Assembly: GCA_020723305.1 (NCBI GenBank)
Contig: DYJC01000003.1
Location: 270,418 to 334,417 of the forward strand
Length of the DNA stretch: 64,000 nucleotides
Reading direction: 5' to 3'
DNA from: Desulfosudis oleivorans
GTDB lineage: Bacteria > Desulfobacterota > Desulfobacteria > Desulfobacterales > SURF-7
Shown: piece after piece, positions 1 through 9,439 of the stretch
Position numbering within the stretch: the stretch's first letter is position 1
Layout of the letters: each line of letters begins with the position of its first letter
Program-made: the position numbers and the translations under genes
Notes under the pieces: model-generated
Told to the model about the DNA's origin: nothing
The model's database searches: none
What the model saw: the letters and a program-made list of their open reading frames with translations, nothing else

Positions 1-987
1 AAGAATGGCCGTATCGTTGATACCGGGCATGCAGATCCCATCCCGGATATCAGTCTGATCGATCATCCGGACTGGGAACTCTTTGATATGAACCTGTATC
101 TTGAAAAATCCTTTCAGGATGTTCCGGAGCCATATCCCATTCCAAAAGAGGAGATACGGGCATTTGTCGTCAATACAGCAAGAGGGTGTCCGTTCCGGTG
201 CACATTCTGCTATCATGTTTTTCAATATACACCATACCGCCGGCGTTCGGTAGACTCCATTCTGTCCGAAATCAAAACGCTTCAGGAAAGATACGGCATC
301 AACTATATCAACTTTTTTGATGAACTGACCTTTTCCCATAAAAACCAGGTTCGGGAATTTGTAGAAGGAGTAAAGAAAAGCAAACTCCGGTTTTTCTGGA
401 ATGCAGATATCCGATCCGATCTTTTTACGGAAAAGGATCTTCCTCTTCTTCATGAGGTAAAGCTCTCCGGCTGTATGAGTTTCGGGTATTCACTCGAATC
501 CGGAAGTCCGGCGATCTTGAAGACCATGAATAAAAAATTAAAGGTGGAAGATTTCAAACGGCAGAAGCTTGCACTGGATCAGGCAAAGATCACCTCTTTT
601 ACCAGCATTGTGCTGGGGTATCCTCAGGAAACCCTTGAAACCCTGAAACAGACCTTTGATGTATGCCATGACCTGGATATATTCCCCAGCACCGGATATC
701 TGCTGCCCCAGCCTGGAACACCCATGTTCGAGGTCGCCCGGCAGAAAGGGGTGGCCGATGATTTGGAAACCTATCTTCTGGGCATGGGGGATCGTCAGGA
801 CCTTCGTTTTAATCTGACGGATATTCCCGATGATCTGTTTCAGAATGAAGTAGCCGGACACCTGAAGCGGATCAATCAGAAAATCGGTCTGGGCCTGCAT
901 GATGATCAACTTGTCAAAACCTTTACTTTTGTGACATCCAAAGAAACATCCCGGCATGCGGATTCGCAAGCTGCTGCCGCATCCTGA
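1..987 (+). CDS. Radical SAM protein, B12-binding-domain (class B) type; 5' end lies outside the window
   Basis: Frame 1 is open from nt 1, with no stop before the listed ORF at 88. It carries the CxxxCxxC motif RGCPFRCTFCYH. It is the first gene of a co-directional sugar-modification operon. Confidence 0.75.
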   Translation, partial: KNGRIVDTGHADPIPDISLIDHPDWELFDMNLYLEKSFQDVPEPYPIPKEEIRAFVVNTARGCPFRCTFCYHVFQYTPYRRRSVDSILSEIKTLQERYGINYINFFDELTFSHKNQVREFVEGVKKSKLRFFWNADIRSDLFTEKDLPLLHEVKLSGCMSFGYSLESGSPAILKTMNKKLKVEDFKRQKLALDQAKITSFTSIVLGYPQETLETLKQTFDVCHDLDIFPSTGYLLPQPGTPMFEVARQKGVADDLETYLLGMGDRQDLRFNLTDIPDDLFQNEVAGHLKRINQKIGLGLHDDQLVKTFTFVTSKETSRHADSQAAAAS

Positions 988-1003
988 TCCGAAGGAGAAA
1001 AAT

Positions 1004-2221
1004 ATGATTCGATATTGTATAAAATGCGTCATGCCGGAAACCAAGCCGGATCTTTATATTGATGATGAAGGGGTTTGCAGTGCCTGCCGGAATTTTGAGA
1101 AGCGGGATGAAGTGGACTGGGCGAATCGTCGGAAACAGCTCCTTTCCATTCTGGAACGTTACCGCTCAAAAGACGGTTCCAACTGGGACTGCATCATACC
1201 GGTGAGTGGCGGAAAGGACAGCACCTACCAGGTTATCCGGATGCTCCAGCTTGGCATGAATCCGCTTTGTGTGACGGCAACCACCTGCCATCTATCGGAT
1301 ATTGGAAGAAAGAATATTGAGAATATCCAGAATCTGGGAGTGGATTACATTGAACTCACCACCAATCGAGCAGTTCGAAGAAAGCTCAACAGGCTGGGGC
1401 TGATGCAGGTCGGGGATATTTCGTGGCCGGAGCATGTGGGCATTTTCACGGTTCCGGTCCGGGCTGCGGTGCAGTATAAGGTTCCCCTGATTGTATGGGG
1501 GGAGAATCCCCAGAACGAGTATGGAGGCCCGGGTGCAGCCAGCAAGGATCATGTATTGACCCGAAGATGGCTGGAGGAGTTCGGCGGGCTTCTGGGCCTG
1601 AGGGTGACCGATCTGATCGGCCAGGAAGGAATTGAACGCCGTCATCTGATTCCCTTCTCCTATCCAACCGATGAAGAACTGAAATCATCCAATGTAACCG
1701 GAATATTCCTTGGGTATTATATTCCATGGGATGGATATTCCAATGCATTGCTTTCTCAGGCGCATGGGCTTACTACCTTTAACCGGACAGTAGAGGGATC
1801 AGTCGTGAGCTATGAAAATCTGGACAACTATCAGACCGGAATTCATGATTATTTCAAGTTCCTGAAATTCGGTTTTGGCCGGGCTACCGATATCGCCTGC
1901 CTTCATATCCGGAGGGGAAGGATTACAAGGGAAGACGGGCTGTCATTGGTTCAGAAACATGATGGGAAATTCCCCTGGACCTACCTTGGAAAACCCATTG
2001 ACGAGATTCTGGAGCCTTTGGATATTTCCGTTGACCAGTTCATCCAGATCTGTGATCGGTTTACAAACAAGAAGCTGTTCAAGATTGATTCCCGGAACAA
2101 CCTGATCAAGGATCGTCACGGTAATCTGACCAAGATCAATGATGACAATCCTGAGGAGGAAACGAAAAGTGCCGACAGCGCTGATCATCGATTACGGCAT
2201 GGGAAACTTGCATTCGGTTAG
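1004..2221 (+). CDS. N-acetyl sugar amidotransferase (PP-loop ATP pyrophosphatase family; WbuX/WbpG/PseA-like)
   Basis: N-terminal Cys4 ribbon (CIKCVMPETKP...CSAC) followed by the PP-loop motif PVSGGKDSTYQ. Start moved to the ATG at 1004, which sits behind GAAGGAGA. The gene is followed by HisH/HisF paralogs, as in WbuXYZ-type loci. Confidence 0.8.
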   Translation: MIRYCIKCVMPETKPDLYIDDEGVCSACRNFEKRDEVDWANRRKQLLSILERYRSKDGSNWDCIIPVSGGKDSTYQVIRMLQLGMNPLCVTATTCHLSDIGRKNIENIQNLGVDYIELTTNRAVRRKLNRLGLMQVGDISWPEHVGIFTVPVRAAVQYKVPLIVWGENPQNEYGGPGAASKDHVLTRRWLEEFGGLLGLRVTDLIGQEGIERRHLIPFSYPTDEELKSSNVTGIFLGYYIPWDGYSNALLSQAHGLTTFNRTVEGSVVSYENLDNYQTGIHDYFKFLKFGFGRATDIACLHIRRGRITREDGLSLVQKHDGKFPWTYLGKPIDEILEPLDISVDQFIQICDRFTNKKLFKIDSRNNLIKDRHGNLTKINDDNPEEETKSADSADHRLRHGKLAFG

Positions 2222-2789
2222 ACGGGCATTTGAAGAGTGCGGGGCAAATGTTCTGATATCCGATGACCCGAAAGATATAAGGAAGGCAACCCATATTGTC
2301 CTTCCCGGCGTGGGGTCTTTCCATGATGGAATGGAGAGTCTTTTCAAATCCGGATGGTGTGAAGCCATCCGGACGGAGGCAGGGAACAAGGGTATTCCCA
2401 TGATAGGCATCTGTCTTGGCATGCAGCTTCTTGCTGAAAAAGGGTATGAAGGAGGAGAAATCCAAGGGCTGGGTCTGATACCCGGTGTGGTTGAAAAACT
2501 GATTCCATCCTCCTCCCTAATACGGCTTCCCCATGTGGGATGGAATGAAATTTACCATACAAAAGAATCTCCTGTATTGGAAGAGATCCCGGATGGAACG
2601 GATTTTTATTTTGTGCACAGTTACCATTTTATTCCGTCGAAACAGGAAAATGCAATCTCCATGACACCCTATTGCGGAGAGTTTGTTTCAGCCGTGATGA
2701 ATGGAAATGTATTTGGTGTTCAGTTTCATCCGGAAAAAAGTCAGAAATATGGATTCCAGGTGATCCGGAATTTTCTGGCGTTGAATTAA
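2169..2789 (+). CDS. hisH: Imidazole glycerol phosphate synthase HisH-like glutamine amidotransferase (polysaccharide-locus paralog, WbuY-like)
   Basis: Motifs IIDYGMGNLHSV, catalytic GICLGMQLL and VQFHPEKS. A GTG start at 2169 preceded by GAGGAGGA is more plausible than the ORF-track start at 2139. Confidence 0.85.
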   Translation: MPTALIIDYGMGNLHSVRRAFEECGANVLISDDPKDIRKATHIVLPGVGSFHDGMESLFKSGWCEAIRTEAGNKGIPMIGICLGMQLLAEKGYEGGEIQGLGLIPGVVEKLIPSSSLIRLPHVGWNEIYHTKESPVLEEIPDGTDFYFVHSYHFIPSKQENAISMTPYCGEFVSAVMNGNVFGVQFHPEKSQKYGFQVIRNFLALN

Positions 2790-2812
2790 ATATCGAAAGA
2801 TCCGGTTTTTCC

Positions 2813-2840
2813 GTCATGCCGGACTTGATCCGGCATCCAG
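2813..2840 (+). repeat. Hairpin repeat element, copy 1 (GTCA-NN-CCGG-loop-CCGG-N'N'-TCCAG family)
   Basis: Sequence gtcATGCCGGActtgaTCCGGCATccag gives an 8-bp stem. It lies in the 126-nt hisH-hisF spacer. The same framework occurs at 9024-9050 and 9087-9113. Confidence 0.7.
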
Positions 2841-2914
2841 GGATCACCCAAGGGGGCCGAAGATCATTGGATATTGGCTTTTACTGGAAAGACCCAAAAA
2901 AGAAGGATCTGAAA

Positions 2915-3688
2915 TTGCTGAAAGTACGCATCATTCCTACCCTGCTCTGGAAAGACTCCGGTCTGGTGAAAGGAGTCTCGTTTGACAGCTGGAGACGGGT
3001 CGGAACCGTGCTTCCGGCTGTGAAGGTATATAATATGAGGGAAGTGGATGAACTGATCGTTCTCGATATAACAGCCACACGGGAAAATCGGGAACCGGAT
3101 TACGAATCGGTTGCGGAATTTTCCGGGGATTGCTTTGTACCCCTTACAATCGGTGGAGGAATCCGGACAATCGACCATATCAAAAAGCTTCTTCGATCCG
3201 GTGCTGATAAGATCGCCATTAACAGCGCAGCCTATGATGATCCGGATCTGATTGCCAGGGCGGCCATGCATTTTGGATCGCAGTGTGTGGTGGCCAGTAT
3301 CGATGCCGGAAGGATGGATGACGGAAACCATTATTGCTATGCCCATTGTGGTTCCGCTCGCACCGGAAAAGAGGTCGTAGCCTGGGCAAAGGAGCTGGAA
3401 AAGCTGGGGGCCGGTGAAATCCTGATCACCTCCGTGGAAAAGGATGGAACCATGGAGGGATATGACCTGGATCTGATCCGGAAGGTTTCCGAAAATGTCG
3501 GCATTCCGGTGATCGCATCGGGCGGTGCCGGGAATTATCAGCATTTTCATGACGCCCTTTCCATTGGAAAATCTTCGGCTGTTGCGGCTGCCAGCATGTT
3601 TCATTTTACCGAGCAGACACCGCTCGGGGCCAAACAGTTTCTTCAGGAAAGAGGCATCTGTGTGCGAAATGCCAACATGAGGCAGTGA
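2915..3688 (+). CDS. hisF: Imidazole glycerol phosphate synthase HisF-like cyclase subunit (polysaccharide-locus paralog, WbuZ-like)
   Basis: Motifs RIIPTLLW, DELIVLDI, GGGIRT, ADKIAINSAA and ASGGAG. A TTG at 2915 follows AGAAGGA with a 7-nt spacer. The longer ORF-track N-terminus reads through the repeat element and overlaps hisH. Confidence 0.85.
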   Translation: MLKVRIIPTLLWKDSGLVKGVSFDSWRRVGTVLPAVKVYNMREVDELIVLDITATRENREPDYESVAEFSGDCFVPLTIGGGIRTIDHIKKLLRSGADKIAINSAAYDDPDLIARAAMHFGSQCVVASIDAGRMDDGNHYCYAHCGSARTGKEVVAWAKELEKLGAGEILITSVEKDGTMEGYDLDLIRKVSENVGIPVIASGGAGNYQHFHDALSIGKSSAVAAASMFHFTEQTPLGAKQFLQERGICVRNANMRQ

Positions 3689-3689
3689 T

Positions 3690-4439
3690 ATGGAAAAAAC
3701 AGTTGCGATCATTCAGGCACGTATGGGATCCACCCGTCTTCCAGGCAAAATTTTGAAAAACCTTTGCGGCAGATCGGTGCTGGAACATGTGATCGACAGG
3801 GTCGGACAGATGAAAGAGATTGATGAGATCGTGATCGCTACTACCAGTCTGCTCCAGGATGATATTATTGCGGAACTGTCTCAAAAACTGTCTGTGAAAT
3901 ATTTCAGGGGTAGTGAAAAAGATGTGCTTTCCCGTTATTATTTCACAGCAATGGAAAACCGGGCGGATCACATTGTACGCATTACTTCCGACTGCCCGCT
4001 GTTTGATCCCATTGTCGGGGACGCGGTGGTCCGGTTTTATCAGGAACATGGATATGATATTGTATCCAATGCCGGCGCGCTGGATTCAAAACGCACTTTT
4101 CCGCCCGGCTTGGATACGGAGGTGTTTTCCATCGCTGTACTTGCGACAGCCTTCCGGAATGCAAAAGAGAAATACCAACGTGAGCACGTAACGCCCTATA
4201 TTTATGAACATCCGGACCATCGGGTGTTTCATTTCAACTGTATGGATGACTACTCCCATTTCCGATGGACCCTGGATACGGAAGAAGATTTTCAACTCAT
4301 TCAGGCAATATATCAAGAGTTATTTCACGGGGGGCATGATTTTTATATGAATGATATTATTGAGCTGATGAATCGAAAACCATACCTGGCTTTTCTTAAT
4401 GCAACTGTTTCTCAGAAGAAATACAGAGATGTCGGCTGA
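3690..4439 (+). CDS. pseF: Cytidylyltransferase of SpsF/PseF type (probable CMP-pseudaminic acid synthetase)
   Basis: N-terminus VAIIQARMGSTRLPGKIL is typical of SpsF-like cytidylyltransferases. The gene sits immediately upstream of pseG/H and pseI. Confidence 0.7.
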   Translation: MEKTVAIIQARMGSTRLPGKILKNLCGRSVLEHVIDRVGQMKEIDEIVIATTSLLQDDIIAELSQKLSVKYFRGSEKDVLSRYYFTAMENRADHIVRITSDCPLFDPIVGDAVVRFYQEHGYDIVSNAGALDSKRTFPPGLDTEVFSIAVLATAFRNAKEKYQREHVTPYIYEHPDHRVFHFNCMDDYSHFRWTLDTEEDFQLIQAIYQELFHGGHDFYMNDIIELMNRKPYLAFLNATVSQKKYRDVG

Positions 4440-4448
4440 GGAAAAAAA

Positions 4449-5996
4449 GTGCAGATGAATGGTTCCATAGAAAAAACGATTCTTTTCAGGGTGGATGCAA
4501 ATTCTGAAATCGGCTGCGGCCATCTCATGCGATGTCTGGCCCTGGCCCAGGCCTGTCCGGGCAAGCAATTGAAAACGGTTTTTGTGCTCTCCTCCTCATC
4601 CTCCAAAGGAATTACAGAGAACAGATCTTTAGATGAGCTGGATATCCGCTTTATTTCCTCGGAACCCGGAAGTTTGCAGGATTCCAGAGAGACAGTACAA
4701 CTGGCGGTTCAAAACAATGCCTCTTGGATTGTTATTGACGGATACCATTTTGATGAAACCTATCATCAAAAAGTAAAGGAATCCGGGATAAGAACCCTCT
4801 GTATGGATGATTGCGGCCGGTTGGCCTATTATCATGCAGATATTATTCTGAATCAGAATTTTCATGCAGAGGAAGGAGAGTATCAGAATCGATCCCCGTA
4901 TACACAGCTTCTTCTCGGCAGCCGGTATGTTCTTCTTCGGAACGAATTTTTGGATCTGCCGGGCCGGACGAGAAATATCCCGGATCAGGCAAGAAGAATC
5001 CTCATCACCATGGGGGGGAGTGATCCTCAGAATATTACCCTTAGGGTAGTAAAGTGGATATCGGAGCTTTGCCTTCCGGATTTGATTGCGGATGTTGTTT
5101 TGGGCCCTTCCAATCTTCATTTTCCGGAGATCAGGAATTACCTGAATCAACAGAGTGGTTTGTTCCGGATTCATCGAAACGTGAACAACATCTCCGGACT
5201 GATGGCCAATGCCGACCTTGCGATTTCTTCTGCCGGAACCACTTCCTGGGAGATGGCGTTCATGGGGGTTCCGAGCCTGCTGATTGTCATTGCGGAAAAT
5301 CAGCGTCCAATTGCTGAAAAACTTAACTCATTGGGTGCAGCCATATCCCTTGGATGGCATGGAGAAATCACTTCCGGAAAGGTTCAGCGGAAATTTCTGG
5401 AATTGATAGGTTCACCGGAACAACGGAAAAAAATGATGCAGATCGGGCAGGGAATCGTAGACGGGAAGGGAAGGGAAAGGGTGGTTGAGGAAATCACCAA
5501 AAGCCGGATTGAGTTGCGACCGGCAGATGAGAGCGACTGCAGGATGATCTATAATTGGGCCAATGACGAAATTGTCCGGGAAGCCTCATTTTCAACTGAA
5601 ACCATATCCTGGGACAATCATGTGGAATGGTTTCAGACCAAACTGAAAGATTCAGGATGTGAAATTTATATTGCTCACAATGAAGACGGTATACAACTGG
5701 GACAGGTTCGTTTTGAGATGGATCACAACGATGCGATTATTTCCATCAGCCTGGACCCTGCCTGCCGAAACAAAGGATATGGCAGACAGATCATTGCCAT
5801 GGGGACCCGGAAGATAATGGAAAGAAGAAATGTCGAACAGGTCCGCGCAATGGTCAAAAAAAGCAACATCGCTTCCTTGCGGGCTTTTAAAAATGCATCA
5901 TTTGAAAAAGAAGGAGTGGACGAATTCCTGGGGGAACCGTCTATTCGTCTGGTATATCGAAAAAAGGACAGGGAAAAACATGCATATCACCATTAA
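4449..5996 (+). CDS. pseG: Bifunctional PseG (UDP-2,4-diacetamido-2,4,6-trideoxy-beta-L-altropyranose hydrolase) / GNAT N-acetyltransferase (PseH-like) fusion
   Basis: PseG-type N-terminus ILFRVDANSEIGCGHLMRCLALA and a GT-B-like body. The C-terminal ~170 aa (ELRPADESDCRMIYNWANDE...NKGYGRQII) has a GNAT fold signature. Confidence 0.8.
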   Translation: MQMNGSIEKTILFRVDANSEIGCGHLMRCLALAQACPGKQLKTVFVLSSSSSKGITENRSLDELDIRFISSEPGSLQDSRETVQLAVQNNASWIVIDGYHFDETYHQKVKESGIRTLCMDDCGRLAYYHADIILNQNFHAEEGEYQNRSPYTQLLLGSRYVLLRNEFLDLPGRTRNIPDQARRILITMGGSDPQNITLRVVKWISELCLPDLIADVVLGPSNLHFPEIRNYLNQQSGLFRIHRNVNNISGLMANADLAISSAGTTSWEMAFMGVPSLLIVIAENQRPIAEKLNSLGAAISLGWHGEITSGKVQRKFLELIGSPEQRKKMMQIGQGIVDGKGRERVVEEITKSRIELRPADESDCRMIYNWANDEIVREASFSTETISWDNHVEWFQTKLKDSGCEIYIAHNEDGIQLGQVRFEMDHNDAIISISLDPACRNKGYGRQIIAMGTRKIMERRNVEQVRAMVKKSNIASLRAFKNASFEKEGVDEFLGEPSIRLVYRKKDREKHAYHH

Positions 5997-7032
5997 CAAC
6001 CGGAAGATCGGTCAGGATTGCCCTGTTTATATCATTGCCGAAATGTCGGCCAATCACAACCAGGATTTCCATCAGGCCATATCGATTCTGGAGGAAGCGG
6101 CAAAAGCCGGTGCGGATGCGGTGAAGCTGCAAACCTACACTCCGGATACCCTGACCATCCCGTGTGATAAGGATTTTTTCCGGATTGACCAGGGACGGAT
6201 ATGGGGCGGCAAAAAGCTGTACGATCTGTATCAGGAAGCCTATACACCGTGGGAATGGCAGCCCAGGCTGAAACAGACGGCGGACAAGCTGGGCATTGAT
6301 CTGTTTTCTTCTCCTTTTGATCCCACAGCGGTTGATTTTCTGGAGCAGATGAATGTGCCGGCCTATAAGATTGCCTCTTTTGAGATTGTCGATATTCCGC
6401 TGATTCAATATATCGCCCGTACCGGGAAACCCATGATTCTGTCTACCGGGATGGCCGGTCAGAATGAAATTCAGGAAGCCCTGGATACCATTCACCGGGC
6501 CGGGAATTCACAGGTCGCCTTGTTGAAATGCACCAGCGCTTATCCGGCAATGGTTGAGGAGATGAACCTTCGAACCATTGTCCATATGGCCGATCATTTC
6601 AAGACACCGGTCGGTCTTTCCGACCACACCCTGGACGATACATCTGCCATTGCTGCTGTTGCCCTTGGCGCCTGTATTGTTGAAAAACATATTACGCTTT
6701 CAAGGAACAGTTCAGGACCGGACAGTTCCTTTTCCATGGAGATCCATGAGTTTGAAAGGATGGTGAAATCCATCCGGCTGGCGGAGAAATCTCTCGGGAC
6801 GATCAGCTACCAGCCGAGCCGGAAAGAGCAGACAAACCGGATGTTCCGGAGGTCTCTGTTCGCAGTAGCGGAAATCAGGGAAAATGAAGCGTTTACCCAT
6901 GAAAATGTCCGTTCGATCCGTCCTGCTCATGGTCTGCATACCCGGCATCTGCCGGAGATCATCGGTAGAAAAGCCTCCCGGGATATCGAATATGGGACGC
7001 CGATTTCCTGGGAACTCATTCAAGAAGGTTGA
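5980..7032 (+). CDS. pseI: Pseudaminic acid synthase (NeuB family)
   Basis: PVYIIAEMSANHNQD is the PseI-type signature, with a C-terminal SAF/antifreeze-like domain. The ATG at 5980 gives MHITINNRKIG. It overlaps the pseG/H stop by 17 nt. Confidence 0.85.
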   Translation: MHITINNRKIGQDCPVYIIAEMSANHNQDFHQAISILEEAAKAGADAVKLQTYTPDTLTIPCDKDFFRIDQGRIWGGKKLYDLYQEAYTPWEWQPRLKQTADKLGIDLFSSPFDPTAVDFLEQMNVPAYKIASFEIVDIPLIQYIARTGKPMILSTGMAGQNEIQEALDTIHRAGNSQVALLKCTSAYPAMVEEMNLRTIVHMADHFKTPVGLSDHTLDDTSAIAAVALGACIVEKHITLSRNSSGPDSSFSMEIHEFERMVKSIRLAEKSLGTISYQPSRKEQTNRMFRRSLFAVAEIRENEAFTHENVRSIRPAHGLHTRHLPEIIGRKASRDIEYGTPISWELIQEG

Positions 7033-7128
7033 CCAGCAAATCTATTTTGCAGCGTTGATCACCGAATTACCCCAAAAAGCAAGCCTGGAGGGTTATCATT
7101 CCGTATGTGAGTTTGATACGGAGTCCCC

Positions 7129-8082
7129 CTATGCTGCGGGTTTGTCATTGCCTGCCATGCCGCCTTGCTCCGTGCTCTTCATAACCGTGAGCGCAGTTGA
7201 AATCATGGTTGAAATATCCGTAAGATTGGAAGGAACGATCATGGTGTTATTGGTTTTCGCCAGATTACCAAACTGCTGAAGATACAGTTCCGCAACCCGC
7301 AGGTTAACTGCCTGTGGGCCATTGTTCAAACCAATGGCTTTGGCAATCTCCGCGATACCGGAAGCAGTGGCCTCGGCCACAAGCGTAATCTCTTTGGCAC
7401 GCCCTTCAGCCTCGTTGATGCGGCGCTGCTTTTCACCCTCGGACCTGAGGATAAACTCCTGCTTATCTCCTTCAGACCGGTTGATCTTGGACTGCCGTTC
7501 GCCTTCGGATTCAAGAATCAGCGCCCGTTTCTCCCGCTCGGCGCGCATTTGCTTTTCCATGGCCTCACGGATTGTCTGCGGCGGAACAATATTTTTTACT
7601 TCGTAGCGCATTACCTTCACGCCCCAAGGCTCGGAAGCCTTGTCAACTGCCGACACAATGGAGCTGTTGATGGTTTCGCGCTCTTCAAATGTTTTGTCAA
7701 GAGGAAGCCTGCCGATAACGGATCGCATCGTGGTCTGGGAAAGCTGGACAGATGCAAACTCATAGTTGCTGATGCCGTAACTCGCATTTTTCGGGTCAAT
7801 AACCTGAAGATACAGAATACCATCAACCTCTACAGGTATATTATCATTTGTTATACAGGTTTGGGGCGGCACATCAACTGCCTGCTCTTTGAGCGTGTGT
7901 TTGTAGGATACCCGGTCGATGAATGGTATGAGTATATGGAAACCGGCTTCAAGTGTGGAAGAGTATTTGCCCAGGCGCTCGACAATGAATGCACTTTTCT
8001 GCGGCACGATCCTGACTGTCTTGAGAAATGCCACCACGATCAGGATGATCAGACCCGTTAAAATGATAGTAGAAATTTCCAT
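7129..8082 (-). CDS. SPFH/Band 7 (stomatin-like, paraslipin/QmcA-type) membrane protein
   Basis: N-terminal TM helix followed by IVPQKSAFIVERLGKYSSTLEAGFHILIPFIDRV and a Glu/Arg-rich coiled coil. AGGAGG RBS upstream. Confidence 0.9.
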   Translation of the reverse strand: MEISTIILTGLIILIVVAFLKTVRIVPQKSAFIVERLGKYSSTLEAGFHILIPFIDRVSYKHTLKEQAVDVPPQTCITNDNIPVEVDGILYLQVIDPKNASYGISNYEFASVQLSQTTMRSVIGRLPLDKTFEERETINSSIVSAVDKASEPWGVKVMRYEVKNIVPPQTIREAMEKQMRAEREKRALILESEGERQSKINRSEGDKQEFILRSEGEKQRRINEAEGRAKEITLVAEATASGIAEIAKAIGLNNGPQAVNLRVAELYLQQFGNLAKTNNTMIVPSNLTDISTMISTALTVMKSTEQGGMAGNDKPAA

Positions 8083-8178
8083 GCTGGATTACCTCCTGTT
8101 ATAATTTGTTTGTTTTCTGTGAACACAGTCACGGCAGGAGCGGAACTGTCTTGTCCGCCCGATACAGCCTCTATCCGT

Positions 8179-8634
8179 TTACAGAGGCACAACCTTCAGC
8201 TTCAGACCAACCCTGTCGATAATCTTGACGCGGGCATCCACATCCAGGATGACCTCTGACGCAGCATCCCAATCAACCCCGTTAAATACGACTTTTCCGG
8301 GTTTGCCTGGCTCGATGCGAACCGACACGACAGCCTCTTTCCCGAAGTAGTCATCGATGTTCTGACCGGAACTTTGTCTGGACGAAACATACCCGAAAAA
8401 CACGGGTTTCAGTTTTTTTCGCATAATGGCGAGCAGCACAAGGGAGGAAATCGCAAAGACCATGAGCTGAGCAGAAAGATGAATATCAAAGAGCAGATAG
8501 AGCAACGTCACAATCCAGGCGCCAAACCCGAAAAACATCAGGATCAGGGATGGTGCAAACAGTTCCGTAAGCAGCAGCACAAGGCCTGCAATAAACCATA
8601 ATAACCCGGGGTTGCTCAGCATTTGGAAAGACAT
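8179..8634 (-). CDS. NfeD family membrane protein (partner of the SPFH protein)
   Basis: TM helices plus a C-terminal OB-like domain (GKVVFNGVDWDAAS). The start was moved to the ATG at 8634, behind GGAGG. The gene order is the classic nfeD-SPFH operon. Confidence 0.8.
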   Translation of the reverse strand: MSFQMLSNPGLLWFIAGLVLLLTELFAPSLILMFFGFGAWIVTLLYLLFDIHLSAQLMVFAISSLVLLAIMRKKLKPVFFGYVSSRQSSGQNIDDYFGKEAVVSVRIEPGKPGKVVFNGVDWDAASEVILDVDARVKIIDRVGLKLKVVPL

Positions 8635-9023
8635 ATGCCGCCTCCTTAATGACAATCCTTCATTTTTTTTGAAGCTGAATATATGTGAAAGTTGGTTTTG
8701 CGTCAACAGCATTGTTTGTGCACTTTGTTTATGCAATATGTAGAGATGTCCGTCAGCCCTGTCTCCATCCCTTTTATTTTTATTCCCTCCATAGTTCAGC
8801 ATTCCATCCGGCATATAGAGAGCGGTTGCAATCAGATCCGGTTCAAAAATTCATTGGTATAATCCGCCGGACATATCGTATTTGCGTTTCATAAACGGTT
8901 CCAACATTCCGGCAATGCCGAGGAAATCCACCTCCCATTTTATACCGACATTTTCCAGCATGGACATTACTGCTTTTGTGAAAAAACCGGAATGGTGAGC
9001 CAATTTCAAAACAATGAAAAATC

Positions 9024-9113
9024 GTCACACCGGCGAAGGCCGGTGTCCAGAAAAGAATTGAAAATACTGGATAGCACTTTAATTCTCTGGATTCCGGCCT
9101 TCGCCGGAATGAC
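9024..9113. repeat. Inverted pair of hairpin repeat elements (copies 2 and 3) flanking a 36-nt spacer
   Basis: 9024-9050 reads gtcACACCGGcgaaggCCGGTGTccag. The reverse complement of 9087-9113 reads gtcATTCCGGcgaaggCCGGAATccag. The arms match at 23 of 27 positions, and the four differences are compensatory within the stems. Confidence 0.75.
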
Positions 9114-9439
9114 AACAGCAGACTTTTGAAATTGGTTCTGGTGACAAAAAAAAGGATCAACAGCGTATATGCAATCCTGTTGATGATATAATTTTTCATG
9201 AGTCAGCTTTTCCTGTTTTGAGATCACTTCCAGAATCGTTCATTTATCTCTCAAAATATGTAATTTATAACATAATTTTCTATAAATCACATAACCAATG
9301 ACTTGTCTATCCCTGAGAAATTTTACTAACAACATGATATTTATCATAATTGTCTGTTCAATATTCTGGGCATGTTATTTGCAACAAACATATAATGAAT
9401 ACGATATCTTATATACCTTTAAAAAAAAGGATGGAGATT

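Noticed and set aside
2672-2914. The long N-terminal extension of the HisF-like ORF (track start 2672), overlapping hisH.
   Set aside because: The extension translates the 3' end of hisH out of frame, and also the hairpin repeat (SGFSVMPDLIRHPGI). HisF homology begins at KVRIIPTLLW, and a TTG with a good RBS is present at 2915.
2864-3712. A 282-aa minus-strand ORF antisense to the HisF-like gene. Similar long antisense or out-of-frame ORFs occur at 20484-21344(-), 25100-25837(-), 34542-35465(-), 38816-39769(-), 43398-44411(-), 45578-46225(-), 10179-11009(+), 32277-32933(-), 41075-41773(-) and 51460-52212(-).
   Set aside because: Each is completely overlapped by a gene with clear family motifs on the other strand or frame. 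Each has a skewed Arg/Gly/Pro/His-rich composition and lacks any recognisable domain or translation signal.
5830-5979. The extended N-terminus of pseI (track start 5830), and similar extensions at 956, 2139, 8814, 11054, 12438, 26067, 34467 and 44399.
   Set aside because: The extensions overlap the preceding gene, lack homology to the family and have no RBS. Internal starts coincide with an SD sequence and the family-typical N-terminus.
7129-8634. The NfeD-SPFH pair as a candidate novel or defence system.
   Set aside because: This is a ubiquitous, well-described housekeeping membrane-microdomain operon. Nothing in the sequence or its neighbours (no nuclease, protease or other effector) suggests a specialised role.
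8843-9227. ORFs 8843-9199(-) and 9006-9227(-), as possible small proteins.
   Set aside because: Their most 'protein-like' parts (SFRRRPESR, WTPAFAGVT, VIPAKAGIQ) are simply translations of the hairpin repeat elements. They have no RBS.
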